Below the pieces are notes generated by a model, which saw only the letters and a list, made by a program, of their open reading frames with translations, searched no databases and had not been told where the DNA came from. A DNA stretch of 63,828 nt, counting the filler, from Octopus bimaculoides (lineage: Eukaryota): NCBI RefSeq assembly GCF_001194135.2. It is 5 parts of 4 records of this genome, joined end to end, with 100 filler letters (N's around TTAATTAATTAA, not from the genome) between each part and the next. Parts side by side here need not be neighbours in the genome. Positions count along the whole stretch, not along the records: positions 1 to 26,941 come from NC_068982.1; 4 more parts are not named here. One strand, given 5' to 3'. Each line of letters opens with the position of its first letter. Within the stretch, counting starts at the first letter, position 1. Both the position numbers and the translations under genes were made by a program. Of the stretch, positions 1 through 13,000 are shown one piece after another.

Positions 1-241
1 GGCTTTCTCCATGTCAACGAAAGCCAAGTACAGAGGTTTATCCTTGGCTAGTTATTTCTCCTGCAGCTGTCTTACTAGAAATATGGCATCAGTGGTGCTT
101 TTACCTGGCACGAACCCAAGCTGCATCTCATCTAAATTGATTCGCTCCATAATTAGTTGGGCTATGACCCTCTCTGTAACTTTCATAACCTGATCTAACA
201 GCTTGATGCCTCTGTAATTATTTGTATCTAAAGCGTCACCA
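1..241 (-). mobile_element. RTE-clade non-LTR retrotransposon, reverse transcriptase N-terminal fragment (runs off the window start)
   Basis: Translation GDALDTNNYRGIKLLDQVMKVTERVIAQLIMERINLDEMQLGFVPGKSTTDAIFLVRQLQEK matches the RTE RT signature NYRGIKLL...Q.GF.PG.STTDAIF..RQLQEK. Confidence 0.9.
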
Positions 242-290
242 GTACACATACATATATACATGGATATATATATATATATATATATACATA

Positions 291-739
291 CATTATCATC
301 ATTGTTTAATGTTCGATCTCCATGCTGGCGTGGGGTGGACAGTTTGACATGGAACTGGATAACAGGGAGCTGTCTGGACTCCAACTGTCTGTTGTGGTAT
401 GGTTTCTGCAGCTGGATGTCCTTCCTAATGCCAACTACTTAACACAGTGTGTTGGGTGCTTTTTATATGTCACTGTTACAAGTGCATCTATGCAGCACTG
501 GCATGGGTGTGTTAACACAGCACCAGCACAGGTGCATTAACACAGCACTGGCACCTGAAAGACAAGTCTATATGTGTGGAAGACACATAGTTGGTGTTAG
601 GAAGGGCATCCAGCCATAAAAACCCTGCCAAAACAAAGACAGTAGCCTAGGGTAGATTTTCTACCTGGCCAGCCCCTGTCAACCATCCTATCCATGCATA
701 CATGGAAGATAGACATTAAACAATGACGATGATGATGAT
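291..739. repeat. Two inverted copies of the RTE 3' tail repeat forming a fold-back
   Basis: Starts with (CAT)n-GTTTAATGTT and ends with CATTAAAC-(GAT)n; inner arms GCTGGATGTCCTTCCTAATGCCAAC and GTTGGTGTTAGGAAGGGCATCCAGC are near reverse complements. Confidence 0.75.
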
Positions 740-1329
740 ATATATTGAAGTAATGTTTATTACCACCTAAGCGTGGGTGTTCTTTAAAAACAGACAATTC
801 TGCTGTTTTAACCACAGCAAGATGCCTCTTCCAGCTGGTTATTCAGTGTGCTTCGCACTTGATATATATTGGAGGCGGGGTGAGAACTCCTCACTATTCT
901 AGCTCAGGGAACACCAAATCACATATCATGTGATTTCAATCTTACGTGATCATCCTTAGTGATGGATACTCGTTTGCTAGACATAGGAGTAGTCTAATCC
1001 AGCTCACGATATATAGAAATACAGTCACTGGTTTTGCAACAAGCAAACTAGTTTATTTAGTGTATGTAATTTGAATAAATACCAGTTGTGTATATAAAAA
1101 TCAACTTCAATCTGTGTCCTACTTTCTTCTTATTCTAAACGCATTAAAGTTGCAATAAAACAGGCATATAAATGTGTGTATATATCTGTGTATGTGTTTG
1201 TGTATAAATGATGTAATCAATATTTCTGTGCTTTTATTAAAACTACATAAATCTCAAGTTAATCCACATGATTTAGTGTATAAATCTAGTTATTAATATT
1301 AGCATCAGTAGCTATTGCCAGTGTCATGT

Positions 1330-1525
1330 AAATGGTACCCGTGCTGGTGGTACATAAAAGGCACCCATTACACTCTTAGAGTGGTAGGCTCTAGGAAGGG
1401 CACCCAGCCATAGAAACCATGCCAAATCAGGCTGAAACCTGGGGCAGTTCTCTAGCTTACTAGTTCCAGTCAGACTGGCCAACCCATGCCAACATGGAAA
1501 ACAGACATTAAATGATGATGATAAT
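1330..1525 (+). repeat. RTE LINE 3' tail copy ending in (GAT)n
   Basis: Same motif string as the tail contiguous with the RTE ORF at 61120-61450 (AGGAAGGGCA.CCAGC...CCAACCCATGCC..CATGGAAA...(GAT)n). Confidence 0.75.
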
Positions 1526-2179
1526 GACTTATCCTTTTAAGGGTACATATATTCTGTTCTACAAGAGCCTTTTTACAGCTATAAAGTAGATTAAGAATTG
1601 GTGATAAGCCTGTCTTTTCTTTATAGATAAACAAAGAAAGGATTATTGATATCATCATATTCTCCTTTGTTGCTTATCATCATCATTATTATCACTATCA
1701 TCTGTTTACAACAAATTTATGCCAGTTTTACTGTACCAGCAGCTGCACCTCCAAGTTCCTTGATGTCGTGACATTGTGTTTTCTTTATAATAATGATTTC
1801 ATTGCTTATAACTCAGTAACAGAGTTTCATCAGTAAATGAATGAATGTTTAGTTCTATAAGATTAGCTCATGAACTTGGAGAAAGATTCAATGTTCCTGT
1901 AAATGATAAATTACATTATTTTAGTTACATTTTTATGTGTCTGAGTTCAAAATATCCACCAATGGCAGGTTGGGTGTTAAGTGGAGATGACTTTGTCTTT
2001 CACCCATCCAAAGCATGGTGTTGATAATATTATGTACCAGTAATTTAAAATTGGATTGGATTGCCCATGTTCTCTCTACCAACCACAGTCTGATGTAGAG
2101 GCTATGGATTTGAGTTTGAGCTCATGCTGGTTTGGTGAGCTTACTCTGCCACACTAGCTTTTTTGTACTCCTACCCAGG

Positions 2180-2360
2180 AATAGTTAAATCAATTACATC
2201 GACCCCAGTGTTTAATTGGTCCTCATTTTATTGACCCCAAAAGAATGGAAGGTAAAATTGACCTCAATGGAATTTGAACTCAGAATGTAAGGACAGACGA
2301 AATACTACAAAGCATTTCGCCTGGCATCCTAATGATTCTGCCAGCTCAACACCTTAATTT
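2180..2360 (-). mobile_element. tRNA-derived SINE, degenerate copy
   Basis: Reverse complement of the family seen near-intact at 37718-37950 (GAGCTGGCAGAATC..., GAGTTCAAATTCC, GGGGTCGATGTAAT). Confidence 0.7.
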
Positions 2361-2454
2361 AGAATTAATGAGAGTTAATATACTAAGCTACATTCACATC
2401 ACTACTGATTTATGGTGATATTGATACGATGTAGTTAACTATTAGTCGTGGTCA

Positions 2455-2490
<36 letters not shown>

Positions 2491-2889
2491 CCACCGTCAT
2501 TGTGGTGGTGGTGGCTAATTGTTTTAGTTGTGGTGTATGTATAAGTTAACTGTTGTAGGGCATGGTGGTGATATTAGGTAGTAGTTAACTATGATATACT
2601 GCAACTATAGTCAAAGCATGGCAATAACGGCAAAAAGTTCACTTCATAATCATGCGGCATCAGGTTCAATCTCACTGTTGGCATTTTGGGCCAACAGAAA
2701 CTGTGGAGACCGTCAGATGGATTGTACCTGTAATTTGAAGGTGCTGAAGCCTTTAGTAAATGGCACTTGCCCAAGGGCCCTTGCAGTGGGACTGATCCTG
2801 AAATCATGTGGTTGGAAAGCAAACTTCTTTCTGAAAGCCATACCTGTGCGTGTTGTAAGTTCAAATATGCCTCCATTGTATTTTTAGAC

Positions 2890-3179
2890 TGTGATGTATG
2901 CGTGCGAGTAGATGTAATCGCCTTACCTCGGTTTTCCTTTCGTCGACTGCGAGTCTGTCTTGCGGTATCCGATCCTTGAAGCTTGCCCCGACCCAAAGAA
3001 CACCAGGAATAGCAGCTGCTTCTCCCAAACCTAGACCGTCGCTTGACACGTCTTGTCCTGACCACAACCCCGTTCGAAAAAAGGGCACGAATCCCGATCA
3101 AGGCTCCCTCTGCCCTTTTTCCCCTTCCGGTCAACTCGCCCTTCCGGTCAGCCTCCCCAGACACTGACGTCATACCACA
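2890..3179. mobile_element. Solo LTR (290 bp) with 5-bp target-site duplication
   Basis: TG...CA termini with short inverted ends (TGTGATGTATG / CATACCACA), flanked by TAGAC at 2885-2889 and 3180-3184; much more GC- and CpG-rich than the flanks. Confidence 0.8.
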
Positions 3180-3323
3180 TAGACAAAATATATTAAACTA
3201 CACACCCTTAGCTGTTGACAATAGAAACCAGATTTTCTGTACATGGAATAAATACAAAAAAAAATTTTTTAATGTAAACTAAGAAATCAAAATTAGGTTA
3301 CCATAGAAATAATTTAATATTAC

Positions 3324-3484
3324 TTTAACAACAGGAGCATTGTCAAAATATGAACTGAAAAGCCCACTGTTTATTGTTGCTAACATAAGCACAGCCTTAA
3401 GATCTTTGCGTTCAGTGAGCAAACATTTAAGCATACCTAGTAGAAAGTCTGTAAAAATATGGTGTTCATGAACCTCATCCAACA
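3324..3484 (-). CDS. DHX34: Isolated exon of a DHX34-like DEAH-box RNA helicase (motif II to motif III), possibly a pseudogenised duplicate
   Basis: AG acceptor at 3486-3485 and GTAATA donor at 3323; 161 nt, phase 1 in, phase 0 out; encodes [53 protein letters not shown], matching the DHX34 pattern DEVHERH...DFLLG.L..LL..R.DLK..LMSATIN..LFSSYF.NAPVV. Confidence 0.8.
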
Positions 3485-5952
3485 CTAAATTAATGAGTAT
3501 TAATTAATTAATTCAGTTGATTGAACTACTTAATATTTAACATCAACAGCGATCCATTTACTTTTTACTATAAAGTACAACATTTAGCTACCACATATTA
3601 CTACCATCACCATCACCACATTATGCCAATATTTCCTTTAACATAAGCTGACAGAATCATTAGCACACCAGGCAAAATACTTAGCAGCATTTCAACCATC
3701 CTTACGTTCTGTGTTCAAATTCCACCAAGGTTGACTTTATCGTTCATCCTTTTGTGGGTCGATTAAATAAGTAACAGTTGAGCACTGGGATCAATGTAAT
3801 TGACTCCCACCACAAAAAGAATTACTGGCTTTGTGCTAAAATTTCCTTCAACTTTTGTTTATTGGTCTGTTTGTCTGTATTTCTGAAGTTGATGTGTCAC
3901 TCCATCACTACTAAGGGTTTCTCACCACATGCAAGTGTCGTCTACTATAGCCCATGACCAACCAAAGCCTTGTGAGTGAATTTAGTCGACAGAAACTGAA
4001 AAAATCCCACTATATATTCATGTGTGTGGTGGTGGGTACGGAAGAACCCTTGTCTAAACAATGTGTGATGCTTGTAAATGAGCATCATTGTCATGCTGGT
4101 AAAGTTGTTAATTTCAGTCTTCTGTGAAAAACGTTTGGCCACAGAGAAATATCACCGCGTTGGAAACGGGTGAGGATTGGCAACTGGAAGGGCATGAGGC
4201 CATAGAAAATCCGCCTTAACAAATTCCTTCTAACCCATACAAGCATGAAAAGTGGATGTTAAATGCTGATGATGATGATGATGATGATAGTGACAGTAGT
4301 GGTGGTAATGGTGTAGTCATTCAGACAACAAAAGATTATTATAATAAGCACATGGCAAGACACTCTCAAGAACATTGAATTAATTCATCAGCTTTGGACA
4401 AATAAACAAACTATTTTTTCATTGTTTGCTTACATAAATATACACACACATATATCTTTCTCATTGTCTTTTTCTATTTCAGAGCGATACACTGAAGTGA
4501 GGGCTGTGTGCTGTAGTGCTGACATCATATTGACCATCTTCCTCACTACTCTGATCTCAATAAACTGTTCCCGTCTGCTGTCTCAGATGTGCCTCAACTC
4601 AATTGCCTCATCCACTACTGAGTGACACTCAAAACATGCTCCCACCAACACGACCATCTTTTTTTTTTATACCCCTTTCTTCCACTGATGCGTGTGTCCC
4701 ATCCCCACCCACTTTGTTTTTCAAAATCTCACCCGACTGACTCCACTCCAAACGACTTAAATACCTTTTCAATCATCATGTGTCACTGCATCTTGTCAGA
4801 CCAGTTCTATATTGATTATCGGCTCACTGANNNNNNNNNNNNNNNNNNNNNNNNNNNNNNNNNNNNNNNNNNNNNNNNNNNNNNNNNNNNNNNNNNNNNN
4901 NNNNNNNNNNNNNNNNNNNNNNNNNNNNNNNNNNNNNNNNNNNNNNNNNNNNNNNNNNNNNNNNNNNNNNNNNNNNNNNNNNNNNNNNNNNNNNNNNNNN
5001 NNNNNNNNNNNNNNNNNNNNNNNNNNNNNNNNNNNNNNNNNNNNNNNNNNNNNNNNNNNNNNNNNNNNNNNNNNNNNNNNNNNNNNNNNNNNNNNNNNNN
5101 NNNNNNNNNNNNNNNNNNNNNNNNNNNTATATATATATATGCATGCACATTTACACACACATATATATATACATTCACTTACACATCTATATGCATATAA
5201 CATATATTGCGTGCATGCATGCATGTATGTGTGTGTGTAAAATAATTTTTCTGTTTAGTTTGCTGTTATTGTCCAACACTAAATATTTACCTCAAAAAAA
5301 AGTAAAGCATCTATTTAATTATCATTGTTGTTCTGGAGTAAGTAATCATGAGTGTTGACTGCCTCTGTGATTATTTTGATGGCGTAACCTCTGAGGTTGT
5401 TTAGCTGGGTGTGGACTTCCCTGGGATTATTTCAATAGGTTTTAGCTACTTGACTTTATTTCTGTGAGTGTGGGCTGCTCCTGGAGTTATTTTAAGCTAT
5501 TAGAGTTGCTCTATCATGATCAACTCTTTCTATTTGCACCTTACACAAACATACAACAGAGATAAATAAGACAACAAACAAAAGGGTTGTTTTTTTTTTT
5601 TTTTTTTGTCTCTTCATTTTTGAGAATTAAAAGCATTTTAAGTATTTTACATTTATATGCTTCAAGCTGCTTGATCTTCTGTTGTCATCTGGTGTCGCGT
5701 TCCTGAGTGTGTTCATACAAATTCAAAATAACCATTTCTGAACTAGTTCAAACCTGATTTGCTACTATGTACACATACAGTAATAAGACAACCATTGACA
5801 ATCAGAGATCAAACCAATCAAAACATAGAGTAGAATCAAATATTGCTAAGTATTTGCTCAAGAAAATGAAGTTAATTTGTTTGAAAAATTAAAATTGCAT
5901 TAATACATCTCAAATGTTTAAATATTTAACAGAAAAAGAAGTTATGAGTATG

Positions 5953-6184
5953 TTAATCTCTTTAAAACCAACCCACCTGAAGCTGTCCTTTGTTCTCTGA
6001 AACAGATTCGTTGTTGTAAAGTAATCTAAATTAAAACCTTCCATCAAAATTTCATGCTAACACATATTCCAAATGCCAGCTTCATAATGACAGTTATTGT
6101 TAGAAATAACTCTTCATTATTTTTCAAAATTAATTGCAACAAAGGCAATATATTTCAACATTGATTTGGTGACAAAAGGATTAA
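5953..6184. mobile_element. TTAA-flanked (piggyBac-type) MITE, degenerate; same family as 52335-52560
   Basis: TTAA at both ends, decayed CCCTTT...AAAGGG terminal repeats, internal similarity to the 52.3 kb array. Confidence 0.55.
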
Positions 6185-7959
6185 ATTTGGAATTAACCAT
6201 TCAGAATGATGTTGATATAGTATACTACCAGCAGTAGCAAGGGTGAGTTAACTTAGTACATAGTCTGCAACATCTCAGGCATCAACCAGTAGTATTCTGT
6301 GGGTTATTATTGGCAAATGTATTGCTTCCTATCTTATCAAAAGCAAGTACCAGAATACTACTGGAAATTTAAGCAGTTAACAATATGGCCTCCTACTTTG
6401 TCAAATAGCACTAATAATCACATTTCTATACAGGTATGTATTTATATTTGTATGTAAACAATAGGTGTATAAATAAAATGTATGTAAAATGTTCTTGCAT
6501 TTTTACATTTTTTTTTAATGCTAGAACAAGATTACAGAAATACATATTATTGAGGCATTGTTTACTACCAGATACCCTTCCTGTCATTAACCCTTACCTA
6601 TTTTTCAAGTAAGGGTTTCTTTTTAATTCCCTAGGTTTTTGAAAGTGCAGAGCTAGCAGACAATATGCTAACAGGGAATGACAACAAATTTCACCATTTT
6701 TTCATGCGTGCACACACACACACATAAACATTTATACATAGAGTTTCTATCTAGCAAATTCAGTTACAAGGTATTGGTTAGCTACAAAAGAAAACACAGT
6801 TGAACTGAATCCGAAAGTGCATGGTTGAACAGCAAAACTTCTTAACCACACAGTCATGCCTGTGCCTATGTGAATATATATGTGTGTGTGTGTGCAATAT
6901 TTATACACACATACATATATATATATATATCTGCAATGTATTTACATACTTATGTTTGTATGTATGTGTGTGTGAGGGAGGGAGAGCATGGAAAATGTTC
7001 TCTTCCACATTTCGACTTTTCGATTTTTAGGTTAAGCGACCTTTGTTCTGGTGATGTTGATATGGGAGGTCAGTGTTTGAATGTATTTGGGGGTGAGGAT
7101 AGTAGAAGAAGAAAACAACAGTGAAGGGACTTGTTGAAATATCACAGGTATCATAAGCTATTCATAAACATAAGTACATGTATACATACTTACATACAAG
7201 CACATACATACATACATACATACATATATACCAGTACTCACACACACAATAGTTATAATGATAATCTGTAGTATACTAGTTAACTACTGTATTGGTAGAA
7301 TATTACTTGTTATGTTATAATGTAGTAGAGGTATACAGATGACTGTGTATACAGGGTAGCATCTTATCTCTGGGTATGTGCTTTGTCCATGGTTGAAAAT
7401 GGCTCAGTCAACATAGCTGTATGCGGTTATATATGCTGAATGGTTCATCATTGTAAGTAGCTGTATCACTGTAAAAGTCCAGTTTTTCCCATACTAATAC
7501 AGTGCTTGGTGTAAACCCTTTGTGAGTTTAGAGGTAGCAACACAGCATCATCCCTATTTATGTTGCAATGATATTAGTAGTGAGGACAGTATGTGGTAGT
7601 TAACTGCTCCCCATGTTAACACTGATCAAGCAGACTTAATACTGAAGACATTCCAGCTATGACCTTCCTGTCGTTTTAGAGGTATATGTTGGACTTTATT
7701 ATCTGACGTGTCCTTTCTGAAGACAGTAGGTTGTGACTTGAGATAGATATGGTTGCTATTTCTAGCAGATCAAGTAACCACCTAGAGGTAAGGTTGGACC
7801 AAAGAAGGGTGTGTGTTACAGTATCTTTTTTTTATACAGTCTCTATTAGTGTACATGCTATATAGTATAGTTTACTACTACTGGGGTAATATAGTAAGGT
7901 GCGATGTTGTGGTTAATTATAACTAACTGATGTGTTCATAACACAAGTCATATTTATTA

Positions 7960-8575
7960 AAAGCAGGTGTAAGTGTGTTTAGTATAACAGCAAATGTGTT
8001 TAGCATAATATCAGAAGTATTTAGTTTAACATACATGTTTTGTAAAACAGAAAATGTATTTATGAAACCATCAAACATGTTTAGTATAACACTGAACACA
8101 TTTAGTATGATACCAAGTTGTTTGAAGATGGTTTGATCTTTGTAACTGTATGTAGGTAACACACTACTAAATGGTTCATTGTTGTAAGTAGTGACAGCAC
8201 CGTACTTGGTGTTTTGTTACCATGCAATGTTTAGGGTATTTTCAGATGTGTTTAGTCTAGCAGCAGACACATTTAGTATAAAAGAAAACATGTTTAGTAT
8301 AAGACTTAATGTAATTTTTGTATGAATCTTTTAGATTAGGAATTATTGTGCATTGTATAACCAAAATGAGAGCACTAATCCAAATAATCAGTGTATGATA
8401 GATAAGCTTTGTATGGCACAACTATGTTTAATATGTTCAATTAGTATTTATTATAACACCAAACATGTTTAGGGTAATACAGACCCTTTTGTATAACACT
8501 GAAAACATTTAGCATAACACTAACATGTTTAGGATAATACCAAACACATTTGAGATAACAGTTAATATAGCATAA
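7960..8575. repeat. Degenerate minisatellite, about 21-bp unit (AAACATGTTTAGTATAACACT-like)
   Basis: Recurrent TGTTTAG/CATTTAG followed by TATAAC at about 21-nt spacing; gives the pseudo-heptad ORF 7923-8162. Confidence 0.6.
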
Positions 8576-8945
8576 AATGGGTTTGGTGATGATGACCATT
8601 GATAAAGTACATTAACAATAACATTATATTATTGTTATAGGCAATAAAGTAACTTTGTTGTTGGTCATTACAATGTATTGTTCATTTTCCATTCTGTCTT
8701 GTTGCCTTTGGATGACGTGGGAAGGGAGTTAATAGTAATGTCATATGGATGTTCCGTTAAGTCATGATATGGTGATGGTTTTAGAAAACAACCAGAAAGA
8801 AACTATAATTCTTTACTTATAATTTAAACCATATAATTATTAACCCCAGGTCAGCCCTCATTGAGCATGCTGAAAGGTATTCCAGTCAACCATCCCAAAT
8901 TTTATTGTATCTAAGACTAGCGTGTTCAGTGTATCTTTTATTTAG

Positions 8946-9119
8946 CCCTTTAGCATTTAAACCAGTCAGATCCTGCCTCTTACACCTACCCTACAATGTG
9001 ATTCTAAAATAATAACCACATCAATGAAATCTTAAAGCTATGAAATGATGCATGATGGATTAAAATCAATGTGAATAAATGAATATTACATTTGACAGAG
9101 GAATCTGAATGCGAAAGGG
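8946..9119. mobile_element. piggyBac-type MITE
   Basis: Terminal inverted repeats CCCTTTAGCATT / AATGCGAAAGGG, flanked by TTAG (left) and TTAA (right). Confidence 0.7.
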
Positions 9120-9965
9120 TTAAGATGGTATGATGTGATATGAGGGTGATTTGGCTGCTATGTCACAGATCAGGCAAGTGTATAGAAGCTTCTTTGTTGG
9201 TAAGCAATATAGTGTTACCCTCATCATCTAGTGAAGTGTGTTTGGATTTGAATTTTGGCTAATGATGTCTCTAGTCACTGGATCTATACATATTAGCAGT
9301 AATGCACTTTAGGAACTTTATGATGTTGGCCATTGACCTCACAGAGGTTCTTTTCCTCAGTGTCATGTGTGCATATCACCATTGGTCAGTGACTACACAT
9401 TCACCATGCTACTTCCCGTGATTTCATTTGTAACCCTAGGCTGGGGATTGTCAGGGGCTGTGTTTTGCCAAAAGACATTCTGCATTTGGTTCAGAACAGC
9501 TTATTTCCATATTTACCCTTATATCTAGAGGCCATTTCCTCACCTACCACCTGGGGACCTACATGGTAAGCGTTATCTCTCCCAATCCTATACCAGTAGT
9601 ATTAAGCTCCCAGTAATTTCTGACTGTGGCTGTTCCACTTCAGTTCATTTAATCAGTAATACTCCTAACCCATTTTAAGAAGGGCCCTTACAAAATCTCA
9701 TTTGCCTTCCTCCCCAAGTAGCAGTTACCCTCATCTCTCTATTCCTATTTACTTAACAACCCCTGGAGGAGAGAATGTCTTCACAAATGATTCTTACAAT
9801 GTTTTCCATAATTTTATGTTTGCTGTTTTCTTTCCCACCATTTTTGTTTTGCTTCATTAATTTGCTTCTGTTTGTTTCAACTAGTGGGTTTCCTGCTCAC
9901 AAGCCTTCACTCTGAGACAACCCTCTATTTTTTCAGTTTCTCAAAGGTTATGGTGACTAACCCTA

Positions 9966-10003
<38 letters not shown>

Positions 10004-13000
10004 CAAACAAAAGACCTTCGTTCTTTTTGTTCACTTACTGAATAAAATAACAAAACTGTTGATCCTGTAGTGTATTTATACTTACTGATGACCCTTCATG
10101 ACTCTAAACAATGACCTTTAACTGATGACCTTTCATGACCTTCAACAGATGACAACCCTTTCACTCCTCTCTAATCTCAGCTAATCTTTATAAAATTCTG
10201 AAAGTGTCACCAACACTTTAATAAATATTATTCAATAATTTTAATGTGTCAAAATGCTAAAACAATGTGCAAACTTGCCCAGTGACAATAAACAAAAAAA
10301 CAATCATGTTTCTGCTAAATTCTTGAGTCCATGTACACCTGGAATTAATGAGGTCATTCAGGTGTGTATCTCATGGCACCATCCAATTTTTGTAACCATG
10401 AAGATGCTGTGCACTTAAAGTGTTACATTTGTCTTATTATATCCTTGACTCTTTAAGAACCATGCAACTGTTTCTAACAAATATACCTTTCTTTTTGTTT
10501 TTGTGCAGTGTGATTCCATTTGTGCACAGGTGTGCTTCACGTTCCAGGAAACATTGGTGATGAGCCCCATTCCCTCCAATAAATGCTCAGTGACCCTCCT
10601 TTGAAATGTGCTCTTCATTCTCCCACTCACCCCCTCTGATATTTTAGCCACTTCACCATCCCCCCTATCACATGACTCTCTATGGCAGGTTACACAGCCT
10701 TGACCTGATATAGATCCTGGAATATTCTAGAATAAAGTTAAACTTGATCCAGACATCAGAATATTCTTCAAATATAACGACAGAGATTAAATGAAAACTC
10801 ACTTTCTTTCTCTCCTTTCTCTCTCTCTCTTTCTCTCCCTCTTTCACCACTGTCTCTTTTTCCTGGCACTCTGCCTCTCTCTCTTTATCATCCTCTTTCA
10901 GTTTCTCTCTTTAACTTTTGTTGTCACTACCTCTACATCTCTTTCTTCTACCCCCTTCAAAACTCTGTGTGTTATGTATGTTTGTAATGTATATGCATGT
11001 ATGTGTATATATGCTTGTGAGTGTGTATGTGTGTGTGCCTGCATGCCTTAGAATTTATTCATTTCTGTTTATTTTTCTTTAATTATTAGTAAACAGAAAA
11101 TATTTATTAAACCTTTCTTTTCTTAAACATTGACAATTTTCTAATGTCAACAGATACATCTCTTTATCTAAATTCTCTCTCTCTCTCTCTTTTAATCTAT
11201 TTATTTATCTATCTGTATATGTATATTTACTTATCTATAAATCTATTTATCCTTTCATTTATTCAACTATATAGCTCCCTACCTACGTATCTATTTATAT
11301 ATCAGTCTGTCTACCTAATTATCTACTTACCAACATATCTGTATGCCTTTCATAGCCATCTATCTGTCTACTTAACTACTTACCTCCTAGAATCTATCTT
11401 TTTTGCTCTCTATCTATCTATCTGCCTATCTATGCATCTATCAGTCTATCTATTCTACTATCCTCCTGCCTATCTCTCTTGGCATATCTGTCTAAAAATC
11501 AATCAGTCTATATATCTTCCTTTTTTTCTTTCTTACCTGTTATTTCTCTATCAGACTTCTGTCAACCCAATCCCAGCTCCCCTCATCACCCTCTCCTCTC
11601 CACTTATTTACCTCAATTCACAAATCACACCTGTCCTCTCCACTCCTGTCCTGTTGACCTCTTCCACATTTGGTACATACTCCGAACCATGGAACATTTC
11701 TTGAGATGCAGTTATTGTATTTTTTTTTNNNNNNNNNNNNNNNNNNNNNNNNNNNNNNNNNNNNNNNNNNNNNNNNNNNNNNNNNNNNNNNNNNNNNNNN
11801 NNNNNNNNNNNNNNNNNNNNNNNNNNNNNNNNNNNNNNATATATACATATATACATATATATATACACACACATACACACACATATATATACACACATAC
11901 ATATATGTATGTAATATATATATATATATATATATACACATACATACAAAGAACTCATTTCTTGCTGATCCAATGCATGTGTGGAAGCAAGTCAAGAACC
12001 TTGGTCTAACCGGCTGGTTAACAACAGAATCTGGGCTAAACATTATACATTGAAGTAAATGGTGTTAACTTGTTGTTCATAGACTCATGGCTTGCGTTCA
12101 CCGTTCACCGTGAAGAAGTTTTTTTTTTGTTTGTTTTTCTGTAGTCAAATAATGAAATGACTGGCAATAAAAATACATTTGTCTTTTAGTGTATGACATC
12201 TTTCCATTCACTCCATATTCAGTTTCATTCATCAACATCAACAATGGCTGATTGTATTATCAATACTGTTTTATTCTGGCTTCTGACAGCCAAGCCAGGA
12301 TACATTGAAATCATAGGATGCAGCATGGTGGATGTGAAGTATTTTGGCAGATGAACTTGCTGAATGAACAGTAAATATCACAAATGCTGAGTGGATGAGC
12401 AGACAACTTTTAATGACCAGTTCAGTGAGAAAACTATTGCTATCATCTGTAGTCATGGCATATACAGATGAGATAATTGTAACTAAAACTCAAGTCAAAC
12501 CCATGCCACATCGCTCAAAGTGGACATCTAGAAATACGTTGGCTTAAGCAAGTTAACCAACCAGATGATGGTGATGATGACAATGACTACTACTACTGTT
12601 TGTTTTGTGTTTTGCTCCGAATAATAACTGGAAGAACTGGTAGAATGTCAGACAGAAATGCCTTACAGTATTTATTCTGGTTTTTAGTATTCTAGTTTCA
12701 GATTCCACTGATGTCACTTTTGCATTTCATCCTTCTAGGATTGATTTATAATAAAGCACCAGTCTAGAGCAGTGGACTGGCAGGATCATTATAACATTGG
12801 ATGGGATGCCTTGTGGTATTGGGTTTCACTCTAACATTCTGGATTCAGATCCCTTTTGTGACTTATTTGAATGATAGACTTATTCCACTACCTAGTTTAA
12901 TACTAACCCCTAGCTTTTGCATGCCTCTAGAGAAGTCCACTCTATTGCAAGCATTCAAGCCAGGTCTCCAGTTTAAATAAACTTTCTTTCCTCCCTCCCT

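Noticed and set aside
746-1162. Possible second solo LTR (TG...CA, internal AATAAA)
   Set aside because: No matching target-site duplication found for any tested pair of ends
2589-3173. 194-aa minus-strand ORF
   Set aside because: Runs through the solo LTR and SINE heads; no protein similarity recognised
9967-10001. A35 run as the tail of a processed pseudogene
   Set aside because: No upstream polyadenylation signal, coding remnant or TSD recognised on that strand
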